NCBI GenBank assembly: GCA_902495835.1
Contig: CABUYS010000001.1
Coordinates: forward strand, 1-35,675
From: an uncultured Oscillospiraceae bacterium
GTDB lineage: Bacteria; Bacillota; Clostridia; Oscillospirales; Acutalibacteraceae
DNA length: 35,675 nt
Direction: 5' to 3'
Each line of letters opens with the position of its first letter. The stretch's first letter is position 1. The translations under genes and the position numbers were made by a program. Below the pieces are notes generated by a model. It worked only from the letters and a program-made list of their open reading frames with translations. It did not search any database and had not been told where the DNA came from. Shown one piece after another: positions 1-8,771 of this stretch.

Positions 1-2091
1 AAAAACTTCAGTGTGATTAAAATCAGCGTTAGTTCAAGCTATGAACTTGTAACTTTGGTAGGCGATATAATGGATGTCAGTGTTGGTAGCATGATAAGTG
101 CTGAAGGGTACTGGAAATCAAATAAAAAATTTGGTCTTCAATTTAACGTGAAATCATGGGAAGAATCCCTTCCGGAAGATTTGCACGAAATCGAAAGATA
201 TCTCGGAAGTGGGATTATAGAGGGAATAGGTCCAAAATTTGCAAAGCTTATAGTTAAAACTTTTGGTGTCAAAACGTTTGATATCATTGAAAATGATCCT
301 AAAAAACTTTTAGAAGTTCCGAAGATTGGTCCTAAAAAAGTTGAAATTATAACTAAAAGTTGGAGCGAGCAAAGAAAAATTAAAAGTTTGATGATGTTTT
401 TGCAAAGTTTGGGGGTAGGAGCTTCTTTCGGACGAAAGATATTTAAAATTTATGGAACAGAGAGCGTAAAAAATATAAAAGAAAATCCTTATCGCTTAAT
501 AGATGATATTCCCGGAGTTGGTTTTAAAGTTGCCGATACAATAGCTTCTAAATTGGGAATCGATAAAGAATCTTACGAAAGATGCCGAGCAGGAACATTA
601 TACGTTTTAGAAAATTTAGCTGTTTCCGAAGGTCATTGTTATCTTCCGACAGAAGAACTTATTGCAACAAGCTCTAAAATTTTGGATGTTGAAGAAAATA
701 AAATTGTAATGACTTTAGATGATTTAATTAAAAATCGGGATGTTGTTTCAGATGTACAAAAAAACGTTTACCTTCCGATATTTTTTTATTCTGAAACGAG
801 GCTCGCTAAAAAAATAAAAGCTATCAGAGATTTTCCGAGGTTTAAAAAATATTCGGATGAAGAAATTTATTCAGAAATTAAAAATGCCGAATTTGAAAAT
901 GATATTAACTATGACGAAATTCAAAAAGAAGCAATAAAAACGGCGGTTTCATCTAATTTTTCCGTTATTACGGGAGGAGCAGGGGTAGGAAAGACCACTA
1001 TCGCTAAAGCTGTGATTAGTATATTTAAAAATCGCTCGAAAGAAATTATTTTGGCAGCTCCTACAGGAAGGGCAGCAAAACGTTTGAGTGAAGTCTCAAA
1101 AATGGAAGCTAAAACCATTCATAGACTTTTGGAAGCTCAAAAAGGTGTCGGATTTACAAAAAATGACATGGATAAAATCACAGGAGATGTGCTTATCATA
1201 GACGAATGCTCAATGATTGATTTGAAATTGATGTACAGTTTGCTTCAGGCTGTACATGAAAATACCGTTGTGATTATGATAGGAGATGCCAATCAGCTCC
1301 CTTCAGTAGGAGCAGGAAACGTTTTTAGAGATATCATTAATTCGGAGTGTGTTCCTGTTATAAAATTGAATAATATTTATCGTCAGTCAAAAACAGGAGA
1401 TATAGTTCTTAATTCTCATAAAATAAATAATGGTGAGGTACCGAATTTAAGCCCAAAACGTGACACGGATTTCTTCTTCATAGAAAGAGACAGTGCGGAA
1501 AAATGCGCAAATTTAATAGTAGACTTATGTTCGGAGCGTCTCCCAAAATATTATAAAGTAAATCCTATATCATCTATACAAGTTTTGAGTCCTATGAAAA
1601 AAGGAGTGCTGGGTACAGATAATCTGAACAAACTTTTGCAGTCTAGACTCAACACAAATACCGATTGCCTTAGACGCGGCGGAGTTGAATACAGGGTTGG
1701 AGATAAAGTCATGCAAATTAAAAACAACTATGATAAAGATGTTTTTAACGGCGATATGGGAACAATATATTCGGTAAACGAAGATTCGGAAACTTTGGAA
1801 ATTGATTTTGATTCAAAAATTATCAAATACACCGCTGCGGAACTCGAAGAAATTTCACTTTCTTATGCTTGTACTATTCATAAATCTCAAGGAGCGGAGT
1901 ATCCTATTGTCATTATCCCTATGACTTTATCACATTATATTATGCTTGAAAGAAATTTGCTTTACACTGCTGTAACTCGTGCGAAAAAGGTTTGTATACT
2001 TGTTGGAGAGCGAAAAGCTGTTGTCAGAGCTGTAGAAAATAATTCCTCCAAAGTTCGTTATACGTCGCTTGTTGACAGATTAAAGTCATAA
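1..2091 (+). CDS. recD2: ATP-dependent RecD-like DNA helicase (RecD2, SF1B), 5' end cut by window edge
   Basis: The frame is open from nt 1 (AAA AAC TTC AGT precede the GTG at 13), so the true N-terminus probably lies upstream. Motifs are Walker A GGAGVGKTT, Walker B LIIDECSM, GDANQLPSVGAGN, and C-terminal CTIHKSQGAEYP and LLYTAVTRAKK, typical of the RecD/TraA helicase family. Confidence 0.9.
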   Translation, partial: KNFSVIKISVSSSYELVTLVGDIMDVSVGSMISAEGYWKSNKKFGLQFNVKSWEESLPEDLHEIERYLGSGIIEGIGPKFAKLIVKTFGVKTFDIIENDPKKLLEVPKIGPKKVEIITKSWSEQRKIKSLMMFLQSLGVGASFGRKIFKIYGTESVKNIKENPYRLIDDIPGVGFKVADTIASKLGIDKESYERCRAGTLYVLENLAVSEGHCYLPTEELIATSSKILDVEENKIVMTLDDLIKNRDVVSDVQKNVYLPIFFYSETRLAKKIKAIRDFPRFKKYSDEEIYSEIKNAEFENDINYDEIQKEAIKTAVSSNFSVITGGAGVGKTTIAKAVISIFKNRSKEIILAAPTGRAAKRLSEVSKMEAKTIHRLLEAQKGVGFTKNDMDKITGDVLIIDECSMIDLKLMYSLLQAVHENTVVIMIGDANQLPSVGAGNVFRDIINSECVPVIKLNNIYRQSKTGDIVLNSHKINNGEVPNLSPKRDTDFFFIERDSAEKCANLIVDLCSERLPKYYKVNPISSIQVLSPMKKGVLGTDNLNKLLQSRLNTNTDCLRRGGVEYRVGDKVMQIKNNYDKDVFNGDMGTIYSVNEDSETLEIDFDSKIIKYTAAELEEISLSYACTIHKSQGAEYPIVIIPMTLSHYIMLERNLLYTAVTRAKKVCILVGERKAVVRAVENNSSKVRYTSLVDRLKS

Positions 2092-2120
2092 GAGATATTT
2101 GAAATTATGTGTTTTAAAAA

Positions 2121-2149
2121 TTGTTATGAACACAAATATAGTGTATAAT
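2121..2149 (+). promoter_or_regulatory. Putative sigma-A type promoter for rsmA
   Basis: TTGTTA (2121-2126), a 17 nt spacer, then TATAAT (2144-2149), about 50 nt upstream of the rsmA start. Confidence 0.5.
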
Positions 2150-2198
2150 GAAAACCGTATTTTATTTTTTATCGGATTATTTAAGATGTAAAAGGTAG

Positions 2199-3068
2199 AT
2201 GTTAATGTTTAATTTATGTGATATTTCTCAAATAAAGCAATTATTAAAAAATCATCAATTTAAATTTACCAAATCTCTCGGACAAAATTTTATAACCAAT
2301 CCCGAAATATGTCCTAATATGGCTGAAATGTGTTCTCAAAATGAAAAATCTGCAGTGTTGGAAATAGGGCCGGGAATAGGAGTTTTAACTGTAGAACTTG
2401 CGAAAAGATTTAAAAAGGTGGTTTCTGTCGAGATTGACAAGCATTTGATTCCTATTTTAGCAGAAACAACCTCGGATTTTGATAATATAAAAGTAATAAA
2501 TGATGATATTTTAAAAGTTGATTTAAACGATATATTGAAAAACGAATTTTCTGAATACAGCGAAGTAAATATCTGTGCAAATCTTCCGTACTATATTACT
2601 TCGGATATAATAATGTATATTTTGGAAAATAATCCGGGGTTTAATTCTCTTACGGTTATGATTCAAAAAGAAGCTGCTCAGAGGATTTGTGCCGAACCGG
2701 GAACTCGTGAATCGGGTGCAATAAGTTTAGCGGTAAGATATTATGGCACTCCCGAGATTTTATTTGACGTAAACAGGAATTGTTTTATACCTTCTCCGAA
2801 TGTTGATTCTTGCGTTATAAGAATAGATTTACGCAATCAAAATGCCGATAAAGTTAAAAACCCCAAGTTTTTTTTCAAAGTAGTTAAGGCGGCATACTCA
2901 AAAAGAAGAAAAAACCTGCTTAATTCTTTAAGCAGCGGTTTGAATTTTACAAAAGATGAAGTGGGAAAAGTTTTGAAAATATGTAATATAGATTCAAATT
3001 ACAGAGCCGAACAACTTAAATTTCAAGAGTTCGTAAATATTACGGATGAATTTTTGAATTTAAAATAA
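2199..3068 (+). CDS. rsmA: 16S rRNA (adenine1518/1519-N6)-dimethyltransferase RsmA/KsgA
   Basis: 289 aa. Motifs are SLGQNFI, the SAM-binding EIGPGIG, and NLPYYIT. The second ATG at 2205 is better spaced from AAAGG (2191-2195) than the ATG at 2199, so the start may be 2205. Confidence 0.92.
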   Translation: MLMFNLCDISQIKQLLKNHQFKFTKSLGQNFITNPEICPNMAEMCSQNEKSAVLEIGPGIGVLTVELAKRFKKVVSVEIDKHLIPILAETTSDFDNIKVINDDILKVDLNDILKNEFSEYSEVNICANLPYYITSDIIMYILENNPGFNSLTVMIQKEAAQRICAEPGTRESGAISLAVRYYGTPEILFDVNRNCFIPSPNVDSCVIRIDLRNQNADKVKNPKFFFKVVKAAYSKRRKNLLNSLSSGLNFTKDEVGKVLKICNIDSNYRAEQLKFQEFVNITDEFLNLK

Positions 3069-3139
3069 AAAACAATACAGTAAAAGCTTGTTTTAATAAG
3101 CCACGTATTAGATCTTTCTGAATAATTCTCATATAAATA

Positions 3140-3170
3140 GGAATCGGGTTTACCGATTCCTTAATTTTTT
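3140..3170 (+). terminator. Rho-independent terminator for rsmA, overlapping the 3' end of convergent tadA
   Basis: GGAATCGG (3140-3147), loop GTTTA, CCGATTCC (3153-3160), followed by TTAATTTTTT. This is a perfect 8 bp GC-containing stem with a T tract. The 3' arm and the T tract encode the last residues (KKLRNR) of tadA on the other strand. Confidence 0.6.
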
Positions 3171-3611
3171 GAAAAATTCAGTTAAAATTGATGAACATTC
3201 TGGTTTTAGTATATCTTTTACAACAATGGGTTTGTGATTATACGGGAGGTCAAAAAGATTTATTACAGTTCCGCACGAACCTGCCTTTGGGTCATCAGTT
3301 CCGTAAACCACTTTTTCTATTCTTGAATTTATTATTGCACCCGCACACATTGGACACGGTTCAAGCGTTACGTAAATACTGCACCCGATGAGTCTCCACC
3401 GATTTAATTTTTTGCACGCTTTATAAATTGCTTCTATTTCTGCGTGATGAAGTGCGTTATTTGTGGTTTCACGTTTATTTCTGCCGGTTGAAATGATTTG
3501 ATTTTCAAAAACCACAACGGCTCCTATGGGCACTTCCGCTTCGAGTTCTGATTTTTTTGCTTCTTCCAAAGCTTTTTCCATAAAGTATTCATCTGAAAAT
3601 TCTTTTGCCAT
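3150..3611 (-). CDS. tadA: tRNA adenosine(34) deaminase TadA
   Basis: 153 aa. It carries the cytidine/deoxycytidylate deaminase zinc motifs HAEIEAI and PCPMCAGA. Its ATG overlaps the TAA of the upstream CDF gene by 1 nt (TAATG). Confidence 0.93.
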   Translation of the reverse strand: MAKEFSDEYFMEKALEEAKKSELEAEVPIGAVVVFENQIISTGRNKRETTNNALHHAEIEAIYKACKKLNRWRLIGCSIYVTLEPCPMCAGAIINSRIEKVVYGTDDPKAGSCGTVINLFDLPYNHKPIVVKDILKPECSSILTEFFKKLRNR

Positions 3612-4822
3612 TATTTATTTTCCTTGTTGTTTATTTGCTCTGAATCTACTTCAAAATAAGTTCTGTCGATGTCTATTATGCATCTGTATGCGGGATTCAA
3701 TACTTTAACACTTTGCGTTACCGCACTGTCTATTTCATCATTGCTTTGTTTTACATCATACGGAACGGAAATATGGAATATTAAAGTCGGAGTCGAACCG
3801 GGTACAATTCTAAGGTCATAAATTTTTGAATCTTTGTGTATGAGTTTCACTATTTTAGAAAGTTTTTCTCTTATTTCGGTTACTTCCTCGTTGTCGGTAA
3901 CTATTGGGTCCATATGAATTATTGCAGGACATCCGAATTTGTTTTTTAATTTTTTTTCTATTAAATCCGCCGATTCGTGAAGTTCCATGATGTTTTTATT
4001 TGCAGGCATCTCTGCATGTAGTGAAATAACGCTTTTACCGGGGCCGTAATTGTGAACCGTTAGTTCGTGAATTCCCAAAATATTTGGATTGGAAAGAACT
4101 ATTTCATTTATTTCTTTAACAAGTTCAGGGCTCGGAGATTGTCCTAAAAGTGGATTTATAGTTTCTTTTATTATACTTACGCCCGTAAAAATTATAAACA
4201 AAGCAACCAATATACCCGTATATGCGTCTACAGATACTCCAGTTAAGTAATTCACTGCCATACCTGCTAAAATGGTAACGGTTATTATGCCGTCCAGTAT
4301 GCTGTCAAAAGCAGTGGCCTTCATTGCCGTGGAGTTTATTATATTTCCTATTTTTCTGTTAAAAAGTCCCATCCACAACTTTATTGCAAGTGAAGCAACC
4401 AAAATCGCAACTGAAACCAAATCATACGAAACGGCTTCAGGTTCGAATATTTTTTCTACCGAAGATTTTGTAAATTCTATTCCTGTAAATATTATTGCTA
4501 TGGAAACGATAAGCCCTGATATATACTCTATTCTTCCGTATCCGAAAGGATGTTTTTTGTCTGCGGGATTTCCCGAAGTTTTAAAGCATATTAAAGTTAT
4601 TATCGAAGACACCGCATCCGAAAGATTGTTAAATGCGTCTGCACTTACAGCTATTGAAGATGTCATAAGTCCGGCAAAAAACTTACCCGCAAACAATATA
4701 ATATTGCATATTATTCCGACTATACCGCTGAGCATGCCGAATTTTTCCCGTACCTGAGGGTTACTGGAGTCCCTATAGTTTGGTATGAATTTTTTAATAA
4801 GATAATTTGTCATATTTTTCAC
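3611..4822 (-). CDS. Cation diffusion facilitator (CDF) family metal efflux transporter
   Basis: 403 aa. It has six N-terminal hydrophobic helices with the CDF signature region SIAVSADAFNNLSDAVSSIITLI, and a C-terminal cytoplasmic dimerisation-like domain (HELTVHNYGP...ISLHAEM). The start is either GTG 4822 or ATG 4813. Both are unusually far from the SD GGAGGTG (4845-4839). Confidence 0.85.
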   Translation of the reverse strand: MKNMTNYLIKKFIPNYRDSSNPQVREKFGMLSGIVGIICNIILFAGKFFAGLMTSSIAVSADAFNNLSDAVSSIITLICFKTSGNPADKKHPFGYGRIEYISGLIVSIAIIFTGIEFTKSSVEKIFEPEAVSYDLVSVAILVASLAIKLWMGLFNRKIGNIINSTAMKATAFDSILDGIITVTILAGMAVNYLTGVSVDAYTGILVALFIIFTGVSIIKETINPLLGQSPSPELVKEINEIVLSNPNILGIHELTVHNYGPGKSVISLHAEMPANKNIMELHESADLIEKKLKNKFGCPAIIHMDPIVTDNEEVTEIREKLSKIVKLIHKDSKIYDLRIVPGSTPTLIFHISVPYDVKQSNDEIDSAVTQSVKVLNPAYRCIIDIDRTYFEVDSEQINNKENK

Positions 4823-4845
4823 AGAAAATTTCTGTGTTCACCTCC
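4820..4845 (-). promoter_or_regulatory. SD plus 17-nt perfect palindrome overlapping the CDF start codon (possible operator or translational hairpin)
   Basis: The minus strand reads GGAGGTG AA CACAGAAA T TTTCTGTG AAAAAT ATG. CACAGAAA and TTTCTGTG are exact reverse complements (4836-4820), and the candidate GTG start is the last 3 nt of the 3' arm. Confidence 0.3.
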
Positions 4846-4882
4846 GTTTAATGATTTAAAAATACTAAACAGAGGAATTATA

Positions 4883-6130
4883 CTACTTTTCGGAGTTTTT
4901 GTTAATATGATTTTCTGAATTTTTATCAATTTTCTTTTTTGATTTAATAAATTTTAAAACAAAATATATACCTGCACCGGTTACCGCTACTGCTGATGCA
5001 ATCCAATATGTACAAGGAGTTGAAAAGATTTTTAAAATACCGTCATCGTCTGAATTTGATGAAACTTGGTTTTCAAGAGTTTCCTCATTGTCGCTTTCTT
5101 CGCTATCATCATCTTCTTCATCATAGGTTTCATCGCTTTCTTCGGAATTACTCCCAGTTTTCTTTGTTTTTGTTTTACTTTTACGACCTCTTGATTTTGT
5201 TTTATTTGATGCTTTCTTTGGCTTTGCTTGGGATATTTGTAAATTTTCTTTAAATGTTTCTCCACCTGAATTTGAAGAATCGCTTTTGCTTTGAAAAGAG
5301 GTGCTTTCATTTTTTAATTTCGAATTTTGAACGCAGGCAATGTTTGCGGCGCTTTCGGGTATAACTTCTATTCTGTATTCGGATTTTGCTCTTGGACTTT
5401 TGTTTGAAACCGTTACAACGATATCGTGTGAACCGTTTTTAAAAGAAAGCTTTTTTCTGTTTACTTTTACCGCCAAATTTTCTATCATAGGAGTAGCTTC
5501 AACATCCAAAGACTGCGTGTTTTTAGGCACAATTGCAGTGTAGTCGAATATATCGGGTGAAAATGAGGGCGATAGAGCGCCTGCGGACAGTTTTAAGGAA
5601 TTTAATTTACAGTTTTCCAATCCCGGATTTCCCTTTATATTAAATTGAATATTTTGAGAATTAAAACTGTTGCTTCCGTCTAACGATGTAAATTCAGCTT
5701 TAATATCCGAAGTTTGTGTAAGAACTTTGTTTTTTACTGTAAAAACCACTTCAAAAATTTCACTTTTTCCGTTATTGAAGAATAATTTTCGTGTTTTTCT
5801 CGGATTGCATATCAGATTCAACTGATTATCGGATTTTTCATATTTTATATCTGTTCTCTTTACTTCGTTTTTGCAATTTATTCTTTTATATCTTAAATTT
5901 TCTCCGTTAAAAGAAAGATTGCAACGAAATGGCTCTAAAGTATTTTTGCTTCCTTCTTCTTTGATTTCAATTCCCACAGCAATGCATGAATTCGGTTCAT
6001 ATGCTTCTTGCTCGTCGGAAATACAGATATTATATTCCATCGCGTGGCAAATGGGGAAAATCATAATCATTAATGCTAGTAAATTAATTGAAAAATATTT
6101 GAAGTTTTTGATTATTTTTGTTTTAATCAT
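4883..6130 (-). CDS. Hypothetical membrane-anchored surface protein with a cadherin-like beta-sandwich domain
   Basis: 415 aa, with AGGAGG 6 nt upstream of the ATG. The N-terminal signal peptide is KYFSINLLALMIMIFPICHA. A Cys-containing beta-rich region follows. Next is LSAGALSPSFSPDIFDYTAIVP...EYRIEV, the pattern of the bacterial cadherin-like (PF12733-type) domain. After that come a Lys/Ser/Thr basic block, an Asp/Glu/Ser acidic block, a C-terminal TM helix (YWIASAVAVTGAGIYFVLKFI) and a basic tail. Confidence 0.7.
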   Translation of the reverse strand: MIKTKIIKNFKYFSINLLALMIMIFPICHAMEYNICISDEQEAYEPNSCIAVGIEIKEEGSKNTLEPFRCNLSFNGENLRYKRINCKNEVKRTDIKYEKSDNQLNLICNPRKTRKLFFNNGKSEIFEVVFTVKNKVLTQTSDIKAEFTSLDGSNSFNSQNIQFNIKGNPGLENCKLNSLKLSAGALSPSFSPDIFDYTAIVPKNTQSLDVEATPMIENLAVKVNRKKLSFKNGSHDIVVTVSNKSPRAKSEYRIEVIPESAANIACVQNSKLKNESTSFQSKSDSSNSGGETFKENLQISQAKPKKASNKTKSRGRKSKTKTKKTGSNSEESDETYDEEDDDSEESDNEETLENQVSSNSDDDGILKIFSTPCTYWIASAVAVTGAGIYFVLKFIKSKKKIDKNSENHINKNSEK

Positions 6131-6149
6131 GGGTCATCCTCCTTTTGGA

Positions 6150-6178
6150 TTTATTAAATTAAAAATTCATGCTATAAT
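6150..6178 (+). promoter_or_regulatory. Putative extended -10 promoter for the MscS-family gene
   Basis: TGCTATAAT at 6170-6178 fits the TGnTATAAT extended -10 pattern. The -35 is weak (TTTATT, 6150-6155). The element lies 23 nt upstream of the start at 6201, which has the SD GAGAGGTGA. Confidence 0.45.
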
Positions 6179-6200
6179 AGATTTCGAGAGGTGAAACAAA

Positions 6201-7001
6201 ATGGATTATTTTGTAAAAATTATTAATTCATGGCAACCCTTTGTTGCAAATGGACTGCTCGCTTTACTGCAAAGTGTTTTTATACTCATTATAGGTTGGT
6301 GGATTATAAATAATATTTGTAAGCTTGGACTTGTGTTTTTTCAGAAAACAGTTTCGGACAGTGGAATTACTTCTTTTTTATATTCACTGATGAAATTTTT
6401 TCTTAGAACTATACTTGTGCTCACTGCAGTAAGTAATTTGGGTATTAACGTAAATTCAATTTTTACTGCTATCGGAGCGTCGCTTGTAGCAGTTGGAATT
6501 TCGCTTAAAGATAACCTTTCCAATTTGATGAGTGGTATAATACTTGTTGTTAACAAACCGATTCATATAGGAGACTATATTGAAGTGGACGGCTGTAAAG
6601 GTTCTGTGGTTAAGATTGAAATGTTGTTTACGACTCTTCAAACCGAAGATAAAAATAAAACAATAATTATTCCGAATTCAAAACTTGTAGCTACAAGTAT
6701 TACCCGTCAAAGTGAATACGATATGTCTGTAGTTGAAAAAACTTACAAATCAAATGTTTGTGTTAAAAGGTGTAAAGAACTTAAGCGTTATTTTGAAAAA
6801 GAATTTATACTTAATAATAAAATTTTACAAATTCCCACCCCCATAATAGATATTGAAATTTCCGATAATGAAACTTTGTTGAGTTTTAAAATATATACAC
6901 AAAATCAGTATTGTGACGCTTTAAAAGACGATATCGAAAATTCTGTTAATAAAGCTTCACGAAAATACGGAGTTAAGTTTTCTGAGTCAGTAAAACAGTA
7001 A
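6201..7001 (+). CDS. Mechanosensitive ion channel family protein (MscS-like)
   Basis: 266 aa. Three N-terminal TM helices are followed by the MS_channel core LKDNLSNLMSGIILVVNKPIHIGDYIEVDGCKGSVVKIEMLFTTLQTEDKNKTIIIPNSKL. Confidence 0.88.
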   Translation: MDYFVKIINSWQPFVANGLLALLQSVFILIIGWWIINNICKLGLVFFQKTVSDSGITSFLYSLMKFFLRTILVLTAVSNLGINVNSIFTAIGASLVAVGISLKDNLSNLMSGIILVVNKPIHIGDYIEVDGCKGSVVKIEMLFTTLQTEDKNKTIIIPNSKLVATSITRQSEYDMSVVEKTYKSNVCVKRCKELKRYFEKEFILNNKILQIPTPIIDIEISDNETLLSFKIYTQNQYCDALKDDIENSVNKASRKYGVKFSESVKQ

Positions 7002-7074
7002 CTCATAACGCAAAGCTTCTCTAATGATATTATAACACATTTTTAAGTGTTTTACAACGAAAAGGAGGATAAAT

Positions 7075-7629
7075 ATGGAACGAGATGCTTTTACCGCAGG
7101 AATACACCCGGGAGGTCTTACAAATCATCAGGAAATAAAAATTCTTATTTGTTTTTTGATAGATAAATCGAAAGCTCCGCTTAAGAAAAGCGATATTACT
7201 TCTATTCTTCAAAATTATGGGTTAGCCAATTATTTTGATGTAAGTCAAGCGTTTTCTGAAATGGTAGCAAGTAACAACATTGCTTTGAGTTCTGAAGAAA
7301 CAGGTGAATATGAGGTTACTCCAAGTGGAAAAATGATAGTTCAGGAGCTAAGCGATATGTTGCCGCGTTCTGTTCGCGAAAAAGCTTTAAAAAGTGTAGA
7401 GTCATATATGAGTCGCATTAAAAGCGAACAAGAAAACAAAGTCATGATTAAGAAAAGTCCTTGGGGATACAATGTTATTTGTAAAATTTCCGGAGGAGAA
7501 TTTGATATGTTAGAGCTCAAACTTTATGCTCCGAGTATGATGGAAGCTTCGATTATACGTGATAATTTTTATAAATCTCCCGAAATTCTTTACCGCAATA
7601 TAATGACTTATCTTACAAAATCAGACTGA
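7075..7629 (+). CDS. DUF4364 family protein
   Basis: 184 aa, with SD AAGGAGG 7 nt upstream. The N-terminal winged-helix-like pattern EIKILICFLI...PL...ITSIL...NYFDVSQAF.EM resembles clostridial DUF4364 proteins as I recall them. No function is inferred. Confidence 0.6.
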   Translation: MERDAFTAGIHPGGLTNHQEIKILICFLIDKSKAPLKKSDITSILQNYGLANYFDVSQAFSEMVASNNIALSSEETGEYEVTPSGKMIVQELSDMLPRSVREKALKSVESYMSRIKSEQENKVMIKKSPWGYNVICKISGGEFDMLELKLYAPSMMEASIIRDNFYKSPEILYRNIMTYLTKSD

Positions 7630-7652
7630 ATAACATATTTTTAACATTAAAC

Positions 7653-7680
7653 TTGACAGCATTTTACATTAATATATAAT
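7653..7680 (+). promoter_or_regulatory. Consensus sigma-A promoter upstream of rlmN-stp-prkC
   Basis: TTGACA (7653-7658), a 16 nt spacer, then TATAAT (7675-7680). It lies about 45 nt upstream of the rlmN ATG, with GGGAGG at 7704-7709. Confidence 0.6.
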
Positions 7681-7724
7681 ACAACTAGAATATTTTATTT
7701 TTTGGGAGGTGAATATTTGTATAG

Positions 7725-8771
7725 ATGTGTCTTAAAGATATAAAATCCATGACAAAAGAAGAAATATTTATTGAATTTGAAAATATTTCTCAAAAAAAGT
7801 ATAGGGCTTCGCAAGTTTATTCGTGGCTTGCAAAAGGCGTTGAATCCTTTGACGACATGACGAATATTCCTTTGGATTTACGTGAAATTTTAAAAAGTAA
7901 TTACTCTATTCCAAGCATTAGTATCAAAAGCAAGAAGGTATCCAAGGATGGTACCGTAAAATATCTGTTTGAGCTAAGTGACGGAGAATTAATTGAATCG
8001 GTTTTAATGAAATATAAACACGGCTATTCGGTATGTCTTTCGGTTCAGGCAGGTTGTAAAATGGGATGTGTTTTTTGTACTACAGGTAAAAACGGGTTTT
8101 CACGCAATCTCAAACCTTCCGAAATCTTACTTCAAATCGAAAAAATACAGAAAGATATGAGTATTAAAATTTCAAATATTGTCCTAATGGGAATGGGCGA
8201 ACCGCTGGACAATTACGACAATGTACTCAAGTTTTTAAAGCTAATGTCCTGCCAAGATGGACTAAATATAGGAATGCGGCATATTTCTTTATCCACGTGC
8301 GGAGTGGTTGATAAAATTTATAAGTTGGCAAAAGAAAAAATGCAACTTACTTTATCAGTTTCTCTTCATGCTCCAAATAATGAAATCAGAAATAAAATAA
8401 TGAGAATAAATCGTCGCTGGAATATAGAAGAGTTGATAGAAGCATGTAAATATTATATTCGATGTGCGGGACGCCGTATTTCATTTGAATATGCGATGAT
8501 AAAAGATTTAAACGACACGAAAAAGTGCGCCGAAGAGCTTTCTGAATTACTGAAAGGAACATTGTGTCACGTAAATCTTATTCCTCTGAATACATCGGAA
8601 AATGATGGAATTTTTCAAAAGAGTCCGATTAATAATATATATAAGTTTAAAAATATTTTGGAAAGCAACGGAATACAAAGCACCGTTCGCAGAACCCTTG
8701 GCAAAGACATCGAAGCGGCTTGCGGGCAGTTAAAAGGCAGATACATAAATAAGGAGGTTCAAAAAATTTGA
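7725..8771 (+). CDS. rlmN: 23S rRNA (adenine2503-C2)-methyltransferase RlmN (radical SAM)
   Basis: 348 aa. It has the radical-SAM cluster motif CKMGCVFCTTG, the MGMGEPLDNYDN motif, and the C-terminal catalytic Cys in DIEAACGQL. It sits in the conserved rlmN-stp-prkC context. Confidence 0.93.
   Translation: MCLKDIKSMTKEEIFIEFENISQKKYRASQVYSWLAKGVESFDDMTNIPLDLREILKSNYSIPSISIKSKKVSKDGTVKYLFELSDGELIESVLMKYKHGYSVCLSVQAGCKMGCVFCTTGKNGFSRNLKPSEILLQIEKIQKDMSIKISNIVLMGMGEPLDNYDNVLKFLKLMSCQDGLNIGMRHISLSTCGVVDKIYKLAKEKMQLTLSVSLHAPNNEIRNKIMRINRRWNIEELIEACKYYIRCAGRRISFEYAMIKDLNDTKKCAEELSELLKGTLCHVNLIPLNTSENDGIFQKSPINNIYKFKNILESNGIQSTVRRTLGKDIEAACGQLKGRYINKEVQKI

Noticed and set aside
5030-5310. A repetitive-looking DNA stretch (tcatcatcttcttcatca..., ttttgtttttgttttac...) could be mistaken for a tandem repeat or CRISPR-like array.
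   Set aside because: There are no regularly spaced identical repeats with unique spacers. The repetitiveness is codon-level low complexity encoding the basic and acidic blocks of the surface protein.
4272-5543. Plus-strand and alternative-frame ORFs overlap the CDF gene and the surface-protein gene (4272-4757, 4996-5253, 5032-5310, 5340-5543).
   Set aside because: They are antisense or off-frame to stronger ORFs. The 4996-5310 ones arise from the repetitive Lys/Ser and Asp/Glu codon runs of the charged linker, which keep several frames open.
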